Below the pieces are notes generated by a model. That model made no database searches. It was not told the origin of the DNA and saw nothing but the letters and a program-made list of their open reading frames with translations. Position numbers and translations under genes: made by a program. From a virus, in the IMG/VR virus record IMGVR_UViG_3300025280_000023, positions 59,550 through 123,549 of that record: a DNA stretch of 64,000 nucleotides. One strand, written 5' to 3'. Shown here in pieces: positions 28,398-36,752 of the stretch (the stretch's first letter is position 1; each line of letters begins with the position of its first letter).

Positions 28398-28546
28398 AAA
28401 TAGATATAAAAACGCTGATTTCACTCTTTGCGATGGTTGCTGCCTTGAGTGGCATATGGTATACTACACAAGATAGGCTACACCATTTAGAAGAAGATGT
28501 TACACAATTGCAAAAACAGGTTAACCGTTTACTTAGAACACGATGA
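28394..28546 (+). CDS. small membrane-anchored coiled-coil protein (50 aa)
   Basis: ORF read by eye overlapping both neighbours with ATGA. Confidence 0.6.
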   Translation: MKIDIKTLISLFAMVAALSGIWYTTQDRLHHLEEDVTQLQKQVNRLLRTR

Positions 28547-30693
28547 AACACTTACTTAAAAATTGGCATGAGTACTCAAGCAAGTCCGTAAGCCAGATCC
28601 TTGAAGAAGGACAAGCGGAGAACTTAATAAAAAAGTTTCCCGAGCTTGAACTGGCATATGAGGAAGGGATCAAAAATCCCCAGTATTTGATGTGGATTGC
28701 AAAGCGCCGTGGTGGAGAGCCCGTGATGGATATCGTTGATATCATTAGGGTTTTTGATAAAAACAAAAACAGAATAAAACAGAAGGGGTTGAGTCCGGAC
28801 ATTTATTCATACAAAACTCCCGGCTCTCTCAGGACTATGCTTGAGGAACTAGGCGGCTCAAAATCCAAAGAAAGACGCAGACTCAAAGAAGAAGAAACAA
28901 CCCATCTTGGTGAGTTTGGCCCATGGGTGGTTGTGATGCCACACACCAAGGAAAGTAGCTGTCAGCTTGGAAAAGGGACCACTTGGTGTACAGCCGCCAC
29001 TGAAACACAAAATCTTTTCTTGAGTTATGTAGGCAGGAAAGAACATGATATCGTCCTTTATTATATAATAGAGCGTGGTCAAGATCCCAGGAAGAACCCA
29101 GATGCCAAGCTGTCCGTTGGATTCATCAACGGAGAACCAAGGCTAGAAGGTGAGCATGGGGGCGTTTCTGTAAATGCCGCTAACGATGGCCTACAAAAAT
29201 CAGACTTGCAAAGAATCCTAGTAGATAGATTCCCGCCCATAATGGATGCAATGCGTGCACACGCAAAATCCATTAAGGGTCTGCATCCAGCCAAGAAGCA
29301 AGTACGAGATGCTGCCAAAAATGTTCAATTATATCAAGAAGTTATAAAGAACCTCGAAGGCGACGAAAAGTTTGATATGATCAAACAAGTCTTAAAATAT
29401 GAGCCGGCACAGGAAGTAATGTCCGCGATGTTTGATGATCTCTTTACAAGCGTATCGGATATAAGAGAGAGTATAGGTGCCTACGGACAATCGCGTGGTA
29501 TTGTATATAACAAAATCGCTGGAGCAGTTCCGAAGAAGACCGAGGAGTTTATGTTTCCGGAAAAGTTATTCAATGATAAGGAATACTTTAGATGGAACCA
29601 GGACGATGTTCGCGTTGTTCTCGGATCTATGCTTGCGTCCCAAAGACCACTTGAATACGCCTTCCCGGTTTCATTCTTAAGAAAAGCATATGACTTTACA
29701 AGGATAGAACCAGACGAGTCGGGTATTGTATTTAGATATGTAGCCCAAGAGGTTGTTGCCTCACCAAGCGTAACCCCCGAGTTGCAGAAAGCGATCCTGG
29801 ACGATAGCTTTCACAGGGCGCAGCATGGTAATAATATGTATCGCTTTGGGACGCACAGTGAAATTGCCAAGGTTATCGTTAAAAAGCCCGGAACCCCCAT
29901 CGAACTAATCATAGACGCCTGCAAAAAGAACCCGACAGAGTATACACTTAATGGCGCTATAAACAATTTATACGGAACTGGACGAGTCCAGAATGATAAG
30001 CCCCGAATTGAAGATTTGCGAAAATTTGTTTCGGAGGATTGGTCAGAAATAGTGTACGATGGCGACCATATGTACAGGATGGCAAGGGCACTGTTCCTCG
30101 GAAAACAAGATTTAATGACACCCGAATTGCTCAACGATATCTATAGTATGATAAAGCAATGGTACGGTGCACAGACGTATGCGCCAGCGAAAACGAAAAA
30201 AGTCCTTTCTGAGCTAGTCGCTTCGATGATTAGGGAATACGAATCCCGACCCTCTAACCTGGGGGTTATAAAAAGAATCATTAACGACATTGAGGGCATG
30301 GAACACGACCTCTCTCATGGCACTCTCAATAGGTTACGGAGACTAGCTGGCCTGAAACAAAAACCAGATGATGTTTTCCATTTTAGGAGATACAAAAACG
30401 TAGAAGATGTAAAAGACGATTATGCAGCTTGGGCCCTAATACGACAAGACCAAATGGAGAAGTATTTATTCCCATTAGTTGAAGTAATAGTTGAAGAGAA
30501 TACCGAAGCGCACCCAACCTGGGTATCCAAAGAAGTCCCGCTGATATCAGACTTTTTTGATGCCGATAAAAGCTATCCCAAGGAACACCAAATATACATG
30601 AATATGACACCCGAAGAGCGTATAGCCGCTGTTCGACTCACCATGTACATGCAAGGAACACTTAGGATTAACCCGCAGGGGTATGTAGAATGA
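28543..30693 (+). CDS. large hypothetical protein (GTxWCTA motif) with leader motif
   Basis: MKHLLKNWHEY; SCQLGKGTTWCTAA. Confidence 0.85.
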   Translation: MKHLLKNWHEYSSKSVSQILEEGQAENLIKKFPELELAYEEGIKNPQYLMWIAKRRGGEPVMDIVDIIRVFDKNKNRIKQKGLSPDIYSYKTPGSLRTMLEELGGSKSKERRRLKEEETTHLGEFGPWVVVMPHTKESSCQLGKGTTWCTAATETQNLFLSYVGRKEHDIVLYYIIERGQDPRKNPDAKLSVGFINGEPRLEGEHGGVSVNAANDGLQKSDLQRILVDRFPPIMDAMRAHAKSIKGLHPAKKQVRDAAKNVQLYQEVIKNLEGDEKFDMIKQVLKYEPAQEVMSAMFDDLFTSVSDIRESIGAYGQSRGIVYNKIAGAVPKKTEEFMFPEKLFNDKEYFRWNQDDVRVVLGSMLASQRPLEYAFPVSFLRKAYDFTRIEPDESGIVFRYVAQEVVASPSVTPELQKAILDDSFHRAQHGNNMYRFGTHSEIAKVIVKKPGTPIELIIDACKKNPTEYTLNGAINNLYGTGRVQNDKPRIEDLRKFVSEDWSEIVYDGDHMYRMARALFLGKQDLMTPELLNDIYSMIKQWYGAQTYAPAKTKKVLSELVASMIREYESRPSNLGVIKRIINDIEGMEHDLSHGTLNRLRRLAGLKQKPDDVFHFRRYKNVEDVKDDYAAWALIRQDQMEKYLFPLVEVIVEENTEAHPTWVSKEVPLISDFFDADKSYPKEHQIYMNMTPEERIAAVRLTMYMQGTLRINPQGYVE

Positions 30694-31031
30694 TTATAAT
30701 AGAGAACAGCAGGATACCGGGGTGGTTATCAAAAATAGCGCCAATAGACATAAGGGCCGTAACCATTTGGCCGTTTGTCCTATCTAAAGAGCCAATGGAC
30801 ACCAGAACGAAGCAACACGAAATGATTCATGTGGCCCAGCAAAAGGAACTCTTGGCAATCCCGTTCTTTCTTTTATACGGGATATTCTGGTTGATTGGGT
30901 TAGTCAGGTATGGAGACGGACACGTTGCGTACAGAAGGATCCCCTTCGAGCAAGAGGCATACGCAAACGAAATGAAAGAAGATTATCTGGGATATCGTAA
31001 GGCGTACAACTGGATTAAATATAAAATATGA
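30690..31031 (+). CDS. small HExxH Zn-peptidase-like membrane protein
   Basis: HEMIHVAQQKE, TM segment, IPFEQEAY. Confidence 0.75.
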   Translation: MIIIENSRIPGWLSKIAPIDIRAVTIWPFVLSKEPMDTRTKQHEMIHVAQQKELLAIPFFLLYGIFWLIGLVRYGDGHVAYRRIPFEQEAYANEMKEDYLGYRKAYNWIKYKI

Positions 31032-31660
31032 AACTCCTACTTGAAAACTGGCGCGCGTTTTTGACAGAAGGTAAAAAAGTAAAGTACTATAGAGCCCAGC
31101 CAGCGTCCACTGATGTCATCAGGACAAATGATTATATAACTATGTCTAGAAGGTTTGCTATCGATCACGCAACAACGTCAGCAACGTTTCACGATGAAAA
31201 CTTCCACGTTGTCTTTACACTGATTAATCAGGACGATGTTAAAGAGGCAGATAATCCCGGCGAGTATCGTTATACCGGGAGGCCTCTGAAGGCGGTGCCA
31301 GTGTTGATGGCGGCCCCAGACGGAGATGTAAAGCCCATCAAAGTTAGATTGGAAGAACTCCACTATCCACTGGCTGATCGCAATGAGTGGTATGGGGACG
31401 CAGACTATAAAGCCAGAGGCGGCCACATGGCCAATATGACCCCAGATGAATACCTAAGAAGGGTCAGGCCACTAGACGTAGATGAGGTGGCAAGAGAAAA
31501 TATCGATGACCTAAAGAACCATATCCTATCCGGTCGGACCCTAGATCCCCTAGCTATCTACGAAGATGGAAAAGAGGACGGGAGACACAGAGCACACGCA
31601 GCCAAAGAGTTGGGCATCAAGCAAGTTCCAGTAATTCTTTTCGAGAACCAAAGCAAGTGA
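31028..31660 (+). CDS. two-domain protein: ART-like N-terminal domain plus ParB/Srx-like C-terminal domain
   Basis: MKLLLENWRAFLTE; YYRA...YITMSRRFA...GEY; EDGRHRAHAAKELGIKQVPV. Confidence 0.65.
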   Translation: MKLLLENWRAFLTEGKKVKYYRAQPASTDVIRTNDYITMSRRFAIDHATTSATFHDENFHVVFTLINQDDVKEADNPGEYRYTGRPLKAVPVLMAAPDGDVKPIKVRLEELHYPLADRNEWYGDADYKARGGHMANMTPDEYLRRVRPLDVDEVARENIDDLKNHILSGRTLDPLAIYEDGKEDGRHRAHAAKELGIKQVPVILFENQSK

Positions 31661-31759
31661 ACAAAGTACAAGGCCTTGCTTGACTATTATCAGCTTACGT
31701 TGACCATTGTCAAATTACTCTAAAAGCTTGTAATATAAACAAAATTATACTATTTATAG

Positions 31760-31886
31760 GTGTCCCCTAAGGTAGGATAATCCATGGGGGACACTGGGAG
31801 AAGTTTCCAAGGCTCCACGGCAGACACGCTAGGGTAGCCCATGAAACGCCCTAGCCCGCCGAAAGTTTGCCGTGGAGCCTCTTTTT
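31760..31886 (+). ncRNA. putative small structured RNA (~130 nt)
   Basis: Starts just after CTATTTA motif; 9-bp and 16-bp stems with nested 7-bp stem; ends in T-run; no ORF. Confidence 0.55.
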
Positions 31887-31957
31887 ATATAGTTCCCACG
31901 TTGGGAAGCTTGCCTTACCCTGCCTCGCGAGTTGTAACCAAAGGCCAGGTGCGCAAA

Positions 31958-32269
31958 CTACAGGTGGCTTATATCGTCAGGGTCCATCATGCGAGCCAGA
32001 TATTCCCAGTAGTCAAAATACAGGTCCTCAAGCTCATCTAGGTTCATCACGCGGTTCCCCTTCTGGGACTCGCTTTGCAGGTGCTTAATAAATAACTTCT
32101 TAGAAGAATCACCACCCTTACCAGGACCAGCGTTTGCAAACGGAGGCAGAGGGTGGTCGTAAGGAACCTCATCAAGAAACTGCAAAACATCATCCCGCGT
32201 TAGGCCCTCACGCACCAACCTCTTGGTTGCATGGTGAAAACCTTCCATAATAAGCTTCATATCACGCAT
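31958..32269 (-). CDS. hypothetical protein with leader motif
   Basis: MRDMKLIMEGF...LVRE. Confidence 0.75.
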   Translation of the reverse strand: MRDMKLIMEGFHHATKRLVREGLTRDDVLQFLDEVPYDHPLPPFANAGPGKGGDSSKKLFIKHLQSESQKGNRVMNLDELEDLYFDYWEYLARMMDPDDISHL

Positions 32270-32274
32270 GTTAT

Positions 32275-32622
32275 TTATACATCCTTAGGGATGAAATGAA
32301 GCGGATCGCCGCCTTGGCTCGCCGGGTCCATTATGCGACTTACGGTGCTAAAGGGGTTCGAGTCATCAGGCTTTTTGTGTCTTGACGGACCGGGCGGAGT
32401 TGCAGGCTCTCCATGAGTCAATGCCATCGCTAGCTCTCTGCTCTCGGCGGCGGACCCTTGCGTATCGGGGTCAACATCGTCATCCAGTCCCGTTGGAACC
32501 AAAGATTGCTGAGGATCAACAATGCCGGATGTGCCCTCTGCGCTAGACCCTTGTCGCAGCTTATACTGCTGCTCGTTTACGAACTGGTCCCATTTTCCCA
32601 ATATGAGTTTCATATCCCGCAT
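32275..32622 (-). CDS. hypothetical protein with leader motif
   Basis: MRDMKLILGKWDQFVNE; ATG 4 nt after CTAATTA. Confidence 0.75.
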   Translation of the reverse strand: MRDMKLILGKWDQFVNEQQYKLRQGSSAEGTSGIVDPQQSLVPTGLDDDVDPDTQGSAAESRELAMALTHGEPATPPGPSRHKKPDDSNPFSTVSRIMDPASQGGDPLHFIPKDV

Positions 32623-33216
32623 GCTATAATTAGGCGACAACATTAGAAAAAACACTTACACTTAAGTGGCAACGAAACTGATCAAAGCATAAAAGAGCAC
32701 CAAAGCTACGCCCCAAAGAAACGGCCCTCCAAGAGCTTTAGCCCCACCAGCTAGGCCCCCGTATAGAGCAGCCCTTTAAAAAGCCCCCTATACACCAATA
32801 ACCCTTGAACATAAAGATTGTCCGCCCCATGAACCTGTAAGTAATCCTTAATAGTTCAAAAATACCTTGAAAAAATTTTTCCCAATGCCCATAATAGGCA
32901 TTCCTTTAAGAATACATGGCTGGACATTGCCCACATTGAAAAACGCTAAACGCTGTACCCGATTAGATTCGTTCTAGACGCTGATAGCCAACAATGGGAA
33001 CATCCGGTAGCACCAAGGAGCACACGGATGACTTGGGTGCCCAAGGAGCACAAACCATGGGAGCGCCTGGGATCAAAACAAAAGGGAACATCTGGGAAAA
33101 TGGGGTCCATTATGAGCGCGTATTAGGGCGGTGCCCCCACCCATCGGCCCCCCCTGGGACATACTTTACCTAGGTTGTCAAGGGTTTTCTTTGTTCACCT
33201 GTTTTTCCTTGACACG

Positions 33217-33328
33217 CTGTGGTGTGCCTGTGTGGCCCTGTGTGGCCTTGGGGAGCCTGGGGCAGCCCTGGGTATGCCTGGGGTGCCTGGGGTGCGTCCT
33301 GGGGGCACTGTGGGCTACCTGGGGGGCT
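33217..33328. repeat. degenerate ~9-11 nt G-rich tandem repeats (CCTGGGG / CCTGTGTGG units)
   Basis: About 11 imperfect units read directly in a non-coding stretch. Confidence 0.7.
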
Positions 33329-33395
33329 TGTGTTTGATCCCCCTCGCATTCCCTGTGGTTATTGTTCACTTGATTCATAGTCGTTCCCTTGGCTT

Positions 33396-33468
33396 CCCTG
33401 TTCACCGGGTTCAATCTGTTCCAATTGAACCGAGTGAACAAGGGGGCACCCGGTTTCCCAGGTGCCCC
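33396..33468. other. two adjacent hairpins downstream of the last minus-strand early gene
   Basis: TGTTCAC..GGTTCAAT/ATTGAACC..GTGAACA and GGGGCACC/GGTGCCCC inverted repeats. Confidence 0.6.
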
Positions 33469-33475
33469 GCCTGTC

Positions 33476-34561
33476 CTAGCTCGCGAAGCCCAGGGCCTGC
33501 CCGGTCTGCGTCAGGTCCCCTGCGTTCTGAGTGAACACTCGGAGGAACTGATCGGCTTTCTGCGTCGGGCTCTTCTGGTTGAGCAGAACATTCTGCCACC
33601 GTGCAGCCTGCTGAGCCTCCTCGGTCCAGGCCGACTCTTCCATACCCTTCCGGCGCTTCACGCCAGCGTGGTAATTGTCGAACTCACTGAAAGCGTTGAG
33701 CGCTCCCCAGGCGGTCTGGCCTGCCAGTTCGGAACCGATGGATCCGCCGTCGAACAGTCCAGTCAGATAATCCCGCCGGTTGGCGAGGCGGCTGTTCGTC
33801 CGGGCTCCGTCCTCGACTTCCTTGACCTTCCCGACACTGAAGTCAAGCAGACTATTCCAAGCTTCCTCGTTCACCTGCACACCGGCAGCGGCTTGGTAAA
33901 AGTCCTGGACTCCCATCAGCACCCGGATCGCCTCGCCGATTGCAGTGCGGTACTCGGCTACGCGCTCATCGGTGACGCGCTTTGTGTGCTTCAGGTTCAG
34001 GCCCTTGCCCTTGGATTGCTGGTAGGCGTAGGTGATCGTGTTGGTACAGACGGCGCGGGTGGTGCACCCTCCGGCCGTGGCCTTCAGGGCTCCAACGTGA
34101 TTGTTGAGGAGCATGAAGTAGGGGTCCACCGCGTCTCCCTTGGTTACATCAAACCGGGTGCCGTCGATCTTGAACTGCACCCAACTCGTTGCGCCCCCGT
34201 CGAAGGTGCCAGCCGTGGCGATCTTGAGACCGAATTCATTAACCACTTCTTCCGGCGGCTGGAGCACACCGAACTCGCCCGTATCCTGAAGGATCCGATA
34301 GTCCGACTTGACAATACCGAGCGTGTTGTCTCCGCGAGTCGTCGCCATGAAGCCGGGGATCTTGGAGCCGCCCGCGACCATGACAGGGCGCTTACGAACC
34401 GGGGTGGAGATCCCAGTCTGATCGAACACATCCGCGAGAACCTCGGAGGGCTTGGCATCGGATTTGTACAATCCATCAATATTGATTCCCGCGCCGTGCC
34501 ATGGCGTCCGATCGGTGTAAGCGATCGAGTCGGGCATCTGGTTGTTTGTAATAAAGGACAT
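33476..34561 (-). CDS. DUF932/DUF945 phage-plasmid protein (TIGR03299-like)
   Basis: IAYTDRTPWHG, YRILQ, TAGTFDGG, LLNNH, RAVCTNT, TAWGALNAFSEF. Confidence 0.88.
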   Translation of the reverse strand: MSFITNNQMPDSIAYTDRTPWHGAGINIDGLYKSDAKPSEVLADVFDQTGISTPVRKRPVMVAGGSKIPGFMATTRGDNTLGIVKSDYRILQDTGEFGVLQPPEEVVNEFGLKIATAGTFDGGATSWVQFKIDGTRFDVTKGDAVDPYFMLLNNHVGALKATAGGCTTRAVCTNTITYAYQQSKGKGLNLKHTKRVTDERVAEYRTAIGEAIRVLMGVQDFYQAAAGVQVNEEAWNSLLDFSVGKVKEVEDGARTNSRLANRRDYLTGLFDGGSIGSELAGQTAWGALNAFSEFDNYHAGVKRRKGMEESAWTEEAQQAARWQNVLLNQKSPTQKADQFLRVFTQNAGDLTQTGQALGFAS

Positions 34562-34592
34562 GCGCTAGCTCCTTGGGGCGGTGCCCCGGTTT

Positions 34593-34631
34593 GGAATGAT
34601 CCAACAGTACCAAATGGGTCAGTTAAGTCAA
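34593..34631 (-). promoter_or_regulatory. sigma70-type early promoter
   Basis: TTGACT-N16-TACTGT with TG extension, upstream of DUF932 gene. Confidence 0.6.
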
Positions 34632-34653
34632 CCCCTTTCTTTCAATCTCTCGA

Positions 34654-35100
34654 TTAGTCCAACTCGATCCTACGGAACCGCTTGGAATCATTCAGATTAT
34701 CTTGGGGCGGTGCCGGGGCCGTGGTGGGCCGATCATCAATCTCGATCCGCCGTGGGCGGCGGGCCAGGGGGTCACGGGTGGGCCGGTTTCCTTTGACTGC
34801 ACTATCCACCTGGGCGGCCTCTTGGGCCTCGTCCTCCCGGCGGCGCTCGTTCAGTCTGGTCAGGTAAATCCCCCGGCAGATCCCCACCTGCTGAACCAGT
34901 GCGTTCAGAGTGTTCAGAACATCATCGGGCAGGGCTCCGTACTCGCCGATTTCCTTTAGTCTACCTGAAACGTTCTGGATCTCCTCGTGGGCCATCCCCA
35001 GGAGACCGGTGACCCGACCCGTGCGGTTTAGTTCGATGTCCTTATCCGCTGCGGCCTGGACCTTTAGAACAATTGGGTTGTCGTGCTGGTAGGTGCTCAT
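34654..35100 (-). CDS. hypothetical protein
   Basis: 148 aa ORF, GGAG RBS, own TTGACT-N17-TACTGT promoter. Confidence 0.8.
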   Translation of the reverse strand: MSTYQHDNPIVLKVQAAADKDIELNRTGRVTGLLGMAHEEIQNVSGRLKEIGEYGALPDDVLNTLNALVQQVGICRGIYLTRLNERRREDEAQEAAQVDSAVKGNRPTRDPLARRPRRIEIDDRPTTAPAPPQDNLNDSKRFRRIELD

Positions 35101-35202
35101 GGGGCTCTCCCGGTTGGTTCTTCTTCACAGTAATCGAACCTTTTGAAGAAGTCAACGCCTTTCTTTTTTCTGACTCTTTTTTGTTTTTCCGCCCTTTTTT
35201 CT

Positions 35203-35391
35203 TTAGTTGCCTTTTTCTTTGGCAGGGCAGTTGCCGGTTAGTGCAATCATAGCAAACTCGATTCCCTGTCGGCATCCGGCCTCACGGGAATAGTTCAATC
35301 GTTCTTTTGCCGTGTTCCTCTCTTCGGGAGTCAGCGCGTGCTGAATAAGGCACTTGCATCTTTTCGGCGTGGTGTTCGGGCTTGGCATCAT
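35203..35391 (-). CDS. hypothetical protein
   Basis: AGGAG RBS before MMPSPN; ORF track 35203..35493. Confidence 0.6.
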   Translation of the reverse strand: MMPSPNTTPKRCKCLIQHALTPEERNTAKERLNYSREAGCRQGIEFAMIALTGNCPAKEKGN

Positions 35392-35504
35392 CGGGCTCCT
35401 TTTACTTTGATTGTCTTGATTCCCGTGCATCCCTCGTAGTGCCGTCGGATGCGACCCGGCACGGCAGCGATCTGCTTCCCGCATTGTGTACACTTGTAAT
35501 ACAT
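35388..35504 (-). CDS. tiny Zn-finger-like protein (38 aa)
   Basis: MYYKCTQCGK...RHYEGC; GGAG RBS; read by eye. Confidence 0.5.
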   Translation of the reverse strand: MYYKCTQCGKQIAAVPGRIRRHYEGCTGIKTIKVKGAR

Positions 35505-35560
35505 GACGCTCTCCCTTTTATCCGTTTGACTCCTTCACAGTATCAAACTGAGCGTAGAAG

Positions 35561-36148
35561 TCAATCGTTTTCTGTCGCGTTCTCGGGATCCTCAAGGGTG
35601 CGCTTGTACTGCCTGACTACACTAATCCACCAGTCAGGCCTAATCAGAGTAAACGCCTTGTTGCGCTCAATGTAGGTAATCTCTCTAAACAATCCCAGCG
35701 CGTTCTGCTTGTCTCGCGCTACGGTTTTATATGCATCAGAGTATTGTCCGGGGAAGCCGTCGCAGTAGTCGGCGCTTTCGTATCCCCCCTGAGCGGCGTC
35801 TTTCACCAACTGGCAGACGTTCTGCTTACAGTAATCCTTGACCTCTTCCGCCGTGGCTCCCAGGGCGATGCACTCATTTGCAATTGCCCTAAACTCGTCC
35901 CGTTTTTGTTGGGTTCTTTCTTCTTCTTTCTTCACTTGCTCAATGGTTCTAAGCAAACGATCAATTGTGGTTTCCTTCCCCATCACACCCGTGCGTGTTT
36001 TACTTGTAGTATAGCGCAGGGCTCTGTAGGCGCGATCGACTTTGAAGTGATTAGGCAATCCGTTCGGTGCGTACTTGCGGATCAGCCTGCCGTTCTCTTT
36101 GATCAGAGACTCAGCATAATCCATTTGCTTTTCAGTTAGCTTCTTCAC
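35561..36148 (-). CDS. hypothetical protein
   Basis: 195 aa ORF, GGAGG RBS, promoter upstream. Confidence 0.8.
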   Translation of the reverse strand: MKKLTEKQMDYAESLIKENGRLIRKYAPNGLPNHFKVDRAYRALRYTTSKTRTGVMGKETTIDRLLRTIEQVKKEEERTQQKRDEFRAIANECIALGATAEEVKDYCKQNVCQLVKDAAQGGYESADYCDGFPGQYSDAYKTVARDKQNALGLFREITYIERNKAFTLIRPDWWISVVRQYKRTLEDPENATEND

Positions 36149-36175
36149 CGGGCGACCTCCGTGCCATCTGTCACC

Positions 36176-36204
36176 ACACTAGCAAATGATTCAGTATGTG
36201 TCAA
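36176..36204 (-). promoter_or_regulatory. repeated early promoter copy 1
   Basis: TTGACA-CATACTGAATCATTTGC-TAGTGT. Confidence 0.75.
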
Positions 36205-36497
36205 CTGACTCTTGTGAACTCATCCTCGGTTATCACATAGGTCTTGGATTTGATCAATCCTTTCTTTTCCTTTTCAACCACGTTCTTGACGAGGGCAACC
36301 TCGTTCAACTTGTTGATCTTCTCAGATAGTTCAAGCGCTTCATCCGTCACACTACGAAACATCCGATTGCTTCTTTCCGCGCAGTCAACCTCCAGGCTCA
36401 GAGTCCGCAAAGCGTGAAGGATTTGAGATACACTAAACCCGTAGACCTCTCGCTCGCCCTGGTACTCGGGTGCTTCGTTTAGATTGGTCACTTTCAC
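36201..36497 (-). CDS. hypothetical protein
   Basis: 98 aa ORF, GAGGAGG RBS. Confidence 0.78.
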   Translation of the reverse strand: MKVTNLNEAPEYQGEREVYGFSVSQILHALRTLSLEVDCAERSNRMFRSVTDEALELSEKINKLNEVALVKNVVEKEKKGLIKSKTYVITEDEFTRVS

Positions 36498-36528
36498 TTA
36501 GGGCCTCCTCTGGCGTCCATCTGCTCTC

Positions 36529-36557
36529 AACCTAGCAAATGATTCAGTATATGTCAA
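36529..36557 (-). promoter_or_regulatory. repeated early promoter copy 2
   Basis: TTGACA-TATACTGAATCATTTGC-TAGGTT. Confidence 0.75.
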
Positions 36558-36736
36558 TCAAAACCTGTTCCCTGCCGGTGAGAATCGAACTCACTCCGGC
36601 TGCCCTTGTACGAACCGGTTTATATCCGGGCCGTGTCAGCCGTCTCCACGAAGCCGGGTCCAAGCGCAAGCTGTCCCGATACTGCCCCGATGCCCCCCCG
36701 TTGCGCCAGAGGGCAGCAGGGAACAGGTTTTGATTG
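36555..36736 (-). ncRNA. tRNA-like structured RNA with 21-bp closing stem and T-arm
   Basis: Perfect 21-bp inverted repeat 36555-36575/36716-36736; GTGAG-TTCGATT-CTCAC T-arm stacked on the closing stem. Confidence 0.65.
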
Positions 36737-36752
36737 TCTTCTCCACTCTAGC

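Noticed and set aside
32660-32830. Slippery TTTAAAG site and a start-less hydrophobic reading frame on the minus strand
   Set aside because: A -1 shift leads to an early stop rather than the hydrophobic frame; no support for a real gene.
33131-33599. Short low-complexity ORFs over the G-rich repeats; possible CRISPR array
   Set aside because: Translations simply mirror the DNA repeats; units are 9-11 nt and degenerate with no unique spacers.
33389-34657. 422-aa plus-strand ORF
   Set aside because: Antisense shadow of the GC-rich DUF932 gene; no motifs or RBS.
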